From the NCBI GenBank assembly GCA_965112735.1, contig OZ218950.1, forward strand, positions 3,286,001 through 3,350,000: a stretch of 64,000 nt of DNA, given 5' to 3'. The DNA is from Phaeosaccion multiseriatum. Lineage: Eukaryota > Protista > Ochrophyta, other classes. Shown piece by piece: positions 60,589-64,000 of this stretch (position 1 is its first letter; each line of letters begins with the position of its first letter). The position numbers and the translations under genes are program-made. The notes beneath the pieces were generated by a model. The model was not told the DNA's origin, ran no database searches, and was given only the letters and a program-made list of their open reading frames with translations.

Positions 60589-63505
60589 GGGCGTGGTCAC
60601 GCTTTCCTCAGAGAGGAAATGCTCGTGCTTCGTTGGCTGGGGGTTTTCAGGGACCGATTGCAACACGCCTGGCTGGCAAAGCTGGGTGATAGTCGCTGTG
60701 GCGATCTTCGCTGCTTTGCGCTTGGCCATCCTCCACGTCAACACGATGATGGGCGTGAAAAAGATATACACTGATGCGAAAAACAACAAGAGCGTGGCCG
60801 CTGCAGTGTGGCGCATCGCCTGGTCTACAGCGTTTGCCTCTCTGTTACTGTGCGTTGTGTACATTTGCCTGGCACTGTCCGCCGTGCGCGCAATCCCCCC
60901 CGAGTTCTACAAAAAGTGGATCGTCGTCGTGGAAACTCTTTCTTCCGTGGCTTGGACTATGCCCGTGCTGACCGTTTTCTCAGGTGAGCTGAGCCATTGC
61001 ATTGTGTACGTGACGTGAACTTGACTACGTTCTTTCTTAAGTAAGCTGCCTGAGCGAGTCAGGGGGAGAGGGGGTAGGGCCTCTACATCAACAGCTCCCT
61101 GTTGATGATGTCCTTCGAGGCTCTCTTGCTTGCTTTCCCGGCATACAGGAGCAGCGAGAGGGGGGTTGGGGAAACGCCCGCCTTGCATGATCATGAGCTT
61201 ATCCTTAACTCTGTTACTCGTGCCCCTTCCCCTGCTGCTGTTCCTGCTGCTACTGCCTTGTGCCTGCGGGGCTTGTGCATCGCTCCTTCCCCGGCTACCA
61301 CCTCGCGGCACTGGATGTGAACAATCAACAGTGTGGATCGACCTCGCCAATGCAACTGCGGCCCGTGAGAAGATGAAGGAGCAGTTGCGAAGGTCGAAGC
61401 TCGCCATGAACACCGGCCTGTGGACGCTGCTGGGAAGCATGCTTGTGCTGCAGGCCCTCTCACTCATTCGCTTGATGCAATTGCTGCACCTCTTTACCGT
61501 GGGCCTGGTCATGATGCTATGTCTCCTCGGGTCGCACAAGCTCATCAAGAAGCTGGAAGGCGGTGGAAAGGAGCGGAGGAGCACTACCGTCCAGGCATCT
61601 GCGGAAAACGTCCGTAACGCGGCGAATACCATTGGTTTCTCCGCCTGGTACCTCTTGCTGGGGCTTGCCGTCGAGGCCACGAGCAAGGGCAAGGGGTCGG
61701 AGGGAATGACGAACATGTATTTAGTGAGCTTCCTCGTTACGTCCACGAACGCGGTGACCATTCTCGAAACAGTGTACGAATACATCCAGGCAAGTGGAAC
61801 ATTTCCGGGCCGGTCAGGTGTCCGCCAGGGGCGAGCGAGAGTGGGCAGCGAGCCGGAGGGGTGCGGTTGAGTTTGCGAAGCCAACCGACATCATTTCTTG
61901 AAGGAGAAACACCTCCAAGACCTTAAGCCCCTAACGCCCCTTATGCCTCTCTCTCTGCTCTCTGCACAATTAACGTACTGTTGCTGTTGTCCCTCCTCCC
62001 CCTTCCTCCTCTTCCTCCTCCTCCTCCTCCTCCACCACCACCACCACCACCACCACCTCCTCCTCCTCCTCCTCCTCCTCCTCCTCCTCCTCCTCCTCCT
62101 CCTCCTCCTCCTCCTCCTCCTCCTCCTCCTCCTCCTCCTCCTCCTCCTCCTCCTCCTCCTCCTCCTCCTCCTCCTCCTCCTCCTCCTCCTCCTCCTCCTC
62201 CTCCTCCTCCTCCTCCTCCTCCTCCTCCTCCTCCTCCTCCTCCTCCTCCTCCTCCTCCTCCTCCTCCTCCTCCTCCTCCTCCTCCTCCTCCTCCTCCTCC
62301 TCCTCCTCCTCCTCCTCCTCCTCCTCCTCCTGCTCGCCTAGAATTTCCTCAAGACCGACTTCAACCTCGGAAGCACTGCGATGCACTTCTTCTTCACCCT
62401 CCCCGCGCGCTTACTTCAGCTCCTGCTCTCCTCCAAGCCATTTCGCACACTTGAGGCCATGTTCATAGGTTGGAATACGCGGCGGCTCGAGGCGCTGCAC
62501 TTAAATTTCGGCGATGGCAGGCCCAATCGTGCCTCTCGTCACTGGGCCTCAGGTGACTTCTTTTCCGGTCGCCGCGGTGAGTCGCGAACCTCAAGCCGCG
62601 TTTCTGAAACAGCGGACAGCGGTCCCTCCACCAGGGGCGGTGAGTCGAAGAGGCACGACCATAGCAAGAGCAACACCAACTGCAACAGCAACAGCAACAA
62701 CGGCCGCAGAACGACAAGAGGCGGCCAGAGAATACGGGTGGTCTCTCTATCATTAGCTGGGTGGCGAAAAAGACGTAGCGTGCGGAAGAGCCACCACAGC
62801 GCTCTCCGAGGGAAGACACGAGGAGACGAGAAGGAGGGGTCGTCGATCCAATCACGGCGCAGGGATGAGGCACCTCCGTGCAGCAACCCCCCGGCGCTCT
62901 CGGTGAGGCTCAGCCCCGAAGAGGCGTATGCGACCACGGCAGAGGGCAGCGAGGAGGAGCCGGAGACGGGGAAGGAGAGTGCGCTACCGCTGCTGGCGGA
63001 GAGACGAGACAGGCCCTCCGCCGCCGAGCCGCCGCTGGAGGGGGTGGTGGTGCCGTCAGCAACACCGTCGTTCCCGGCATCATCGTCGGCTGTTGAAGGT
63101 GTTGGTGAAGGTGTTGGTGATGATGCTGGTGATGGCGGCCTAGGCTTGGCGACGATGCCGGGCACTCCTCGATCCAAAAGAATGGCGGGCAAGCTTTCTC
63201 GACAGCCCTCCTTCGCCACGGGGGGGGAGGAGGAGCAAGAACGAGAGCTAGGAGAGAGAAACGAACTTGAAGGGTCAGCGGTCACCCGTTCAGAGGCCGA
63301 GGACACACGCGGCCCTCTTCCGCCGCTGACCAGGAGCAGCACCCACCAGCGAAAAGAACAACAACAACAACAACACGATGATGCTGCCGAACCCCTGCTG
63401 CTCCCCACGGACCGTCCTTCGGAGGCTTCAGCACAGCCGCCAAGGAGGACACGTTTGAGCTTGAGCCCATTCAAAGTGTGCCCCCTGGAACCTCCCGCCC
63501 CATGA
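60331..63505 (+). CDS. Multipass (about 7 TM, GPCR-like topology) membrane protein with an N-terminal Cys-rich/EGF-like module and a long disordered tail
   Basis: Exons 60331-60409, 60612-60983, 61332-61789 and 62342-63505 with consistent phases if the last donor is GC. CLTDLHC..C..KCSC..GFSGTDC is followed by several hydrophobic helices. Confidence 0.7.
62056..62331. repeat. Pure (CTC)n tract of ~275 bp in an intron
   Basis: Read directly; it immediately precedes the acceptor at 62341. Confidence 0.97.
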
Positions 63506-64000
63506 GTCGCCGCTTGGCTGTCGGGTTCGACTTCTTGATTGCTTCACTCCTTCGACTGCTTCGACTGGCGTCGGGTGCCGAGCGACCACTTGACCGCGCT
63601 TGGCTTCTGTGAGGCTGTGATTGATTGCTCGTCTCTCTGAGACTCGGCATCGCGGCTCTCGTCCCAATCAAGCAAGACGACGGTGGCACCAAACAGAGCC
63701 ACGACGGCAAGCAATCAAGCAAGCCGACTCGGGCCGCTGTGGGGCTCATCGGCAAGGCGGACTTGTAGTGGTGTGTATACTTTATATATATAGTCACCCT
63801 TATAAACTGAAACTGAAAGTGTGTGTGTGGGTGTGTGAGAGAGAGACAGACGAGAGGGTCATGGTGAGGAGGAGGGGGATCGCGTGCACGATTGGAGAAC
63901 CAAGAGTAGACCCCCCCCGATGATGAAGCGACAACCGCCGAACAAGGGAGAGCTCGCGCCAGGACCGGCATGCCCCTCCACGCAAAGGGCGTGAGGAGGA

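Noticed and set aside
61898-62454. Poly-L, poly-P and poly-E ORFs
   Set aside because: They are translations of the intronic (CTC)n tract.
1-64000. tRNA, rRNA and other structured RNA genes
   Set aside because: None was recognised by eye; tRNAscan-SE or Infernal would be needed to exclude them.

Overview
This is a gene-dense, intron-rich eukaryotic nuclear window. It most likely comes from a flagellated photosynthetic stramenopile (ochrophyte), inferred from bipartite plastid-type leaders, a CryptonS-type recombinase, a diatom-type O-fucosyltransferase and a CLAMP-domain ciliary gene. About 15 genes are supported: the 5' part of an IQ-motif polycystin/TRPP-like channel, a ThiE/TenI-fold protein, a thaumatin-like protein with two Cys-rich C-terminal repeats, an unknown protein, NTAN1, a PPR-SMR protein, a fungal-type GT2 glycan synthase, an ankyrin protein, two tandem mTERFs, a DHX57/DHX36-like helicase, a domesticated hAT/BED transposase, an O-fucosyltransferase, a CFAP119-like gene and an EGF-like multipass membrane protein. 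The standout is a 4.1-kb mobile element (29318-33426). It has 24-bp terminal inverted repeats and TTAA target duplications, which are DDE-transposon (Sola3/Kolobok-type) ends. Its only gene is a CryptonS-type tyrosine recombinase with the catalytic residues intact, and a PHD-like zinc finger is reachable by a -1 shift at A AAA AAC. Also present are several tiny TIR elements, a GC-AG intron, polarised microsatellite introns and probable homopolymer assembly errors. All calls come from reading the sequence by eye; no searches were run.
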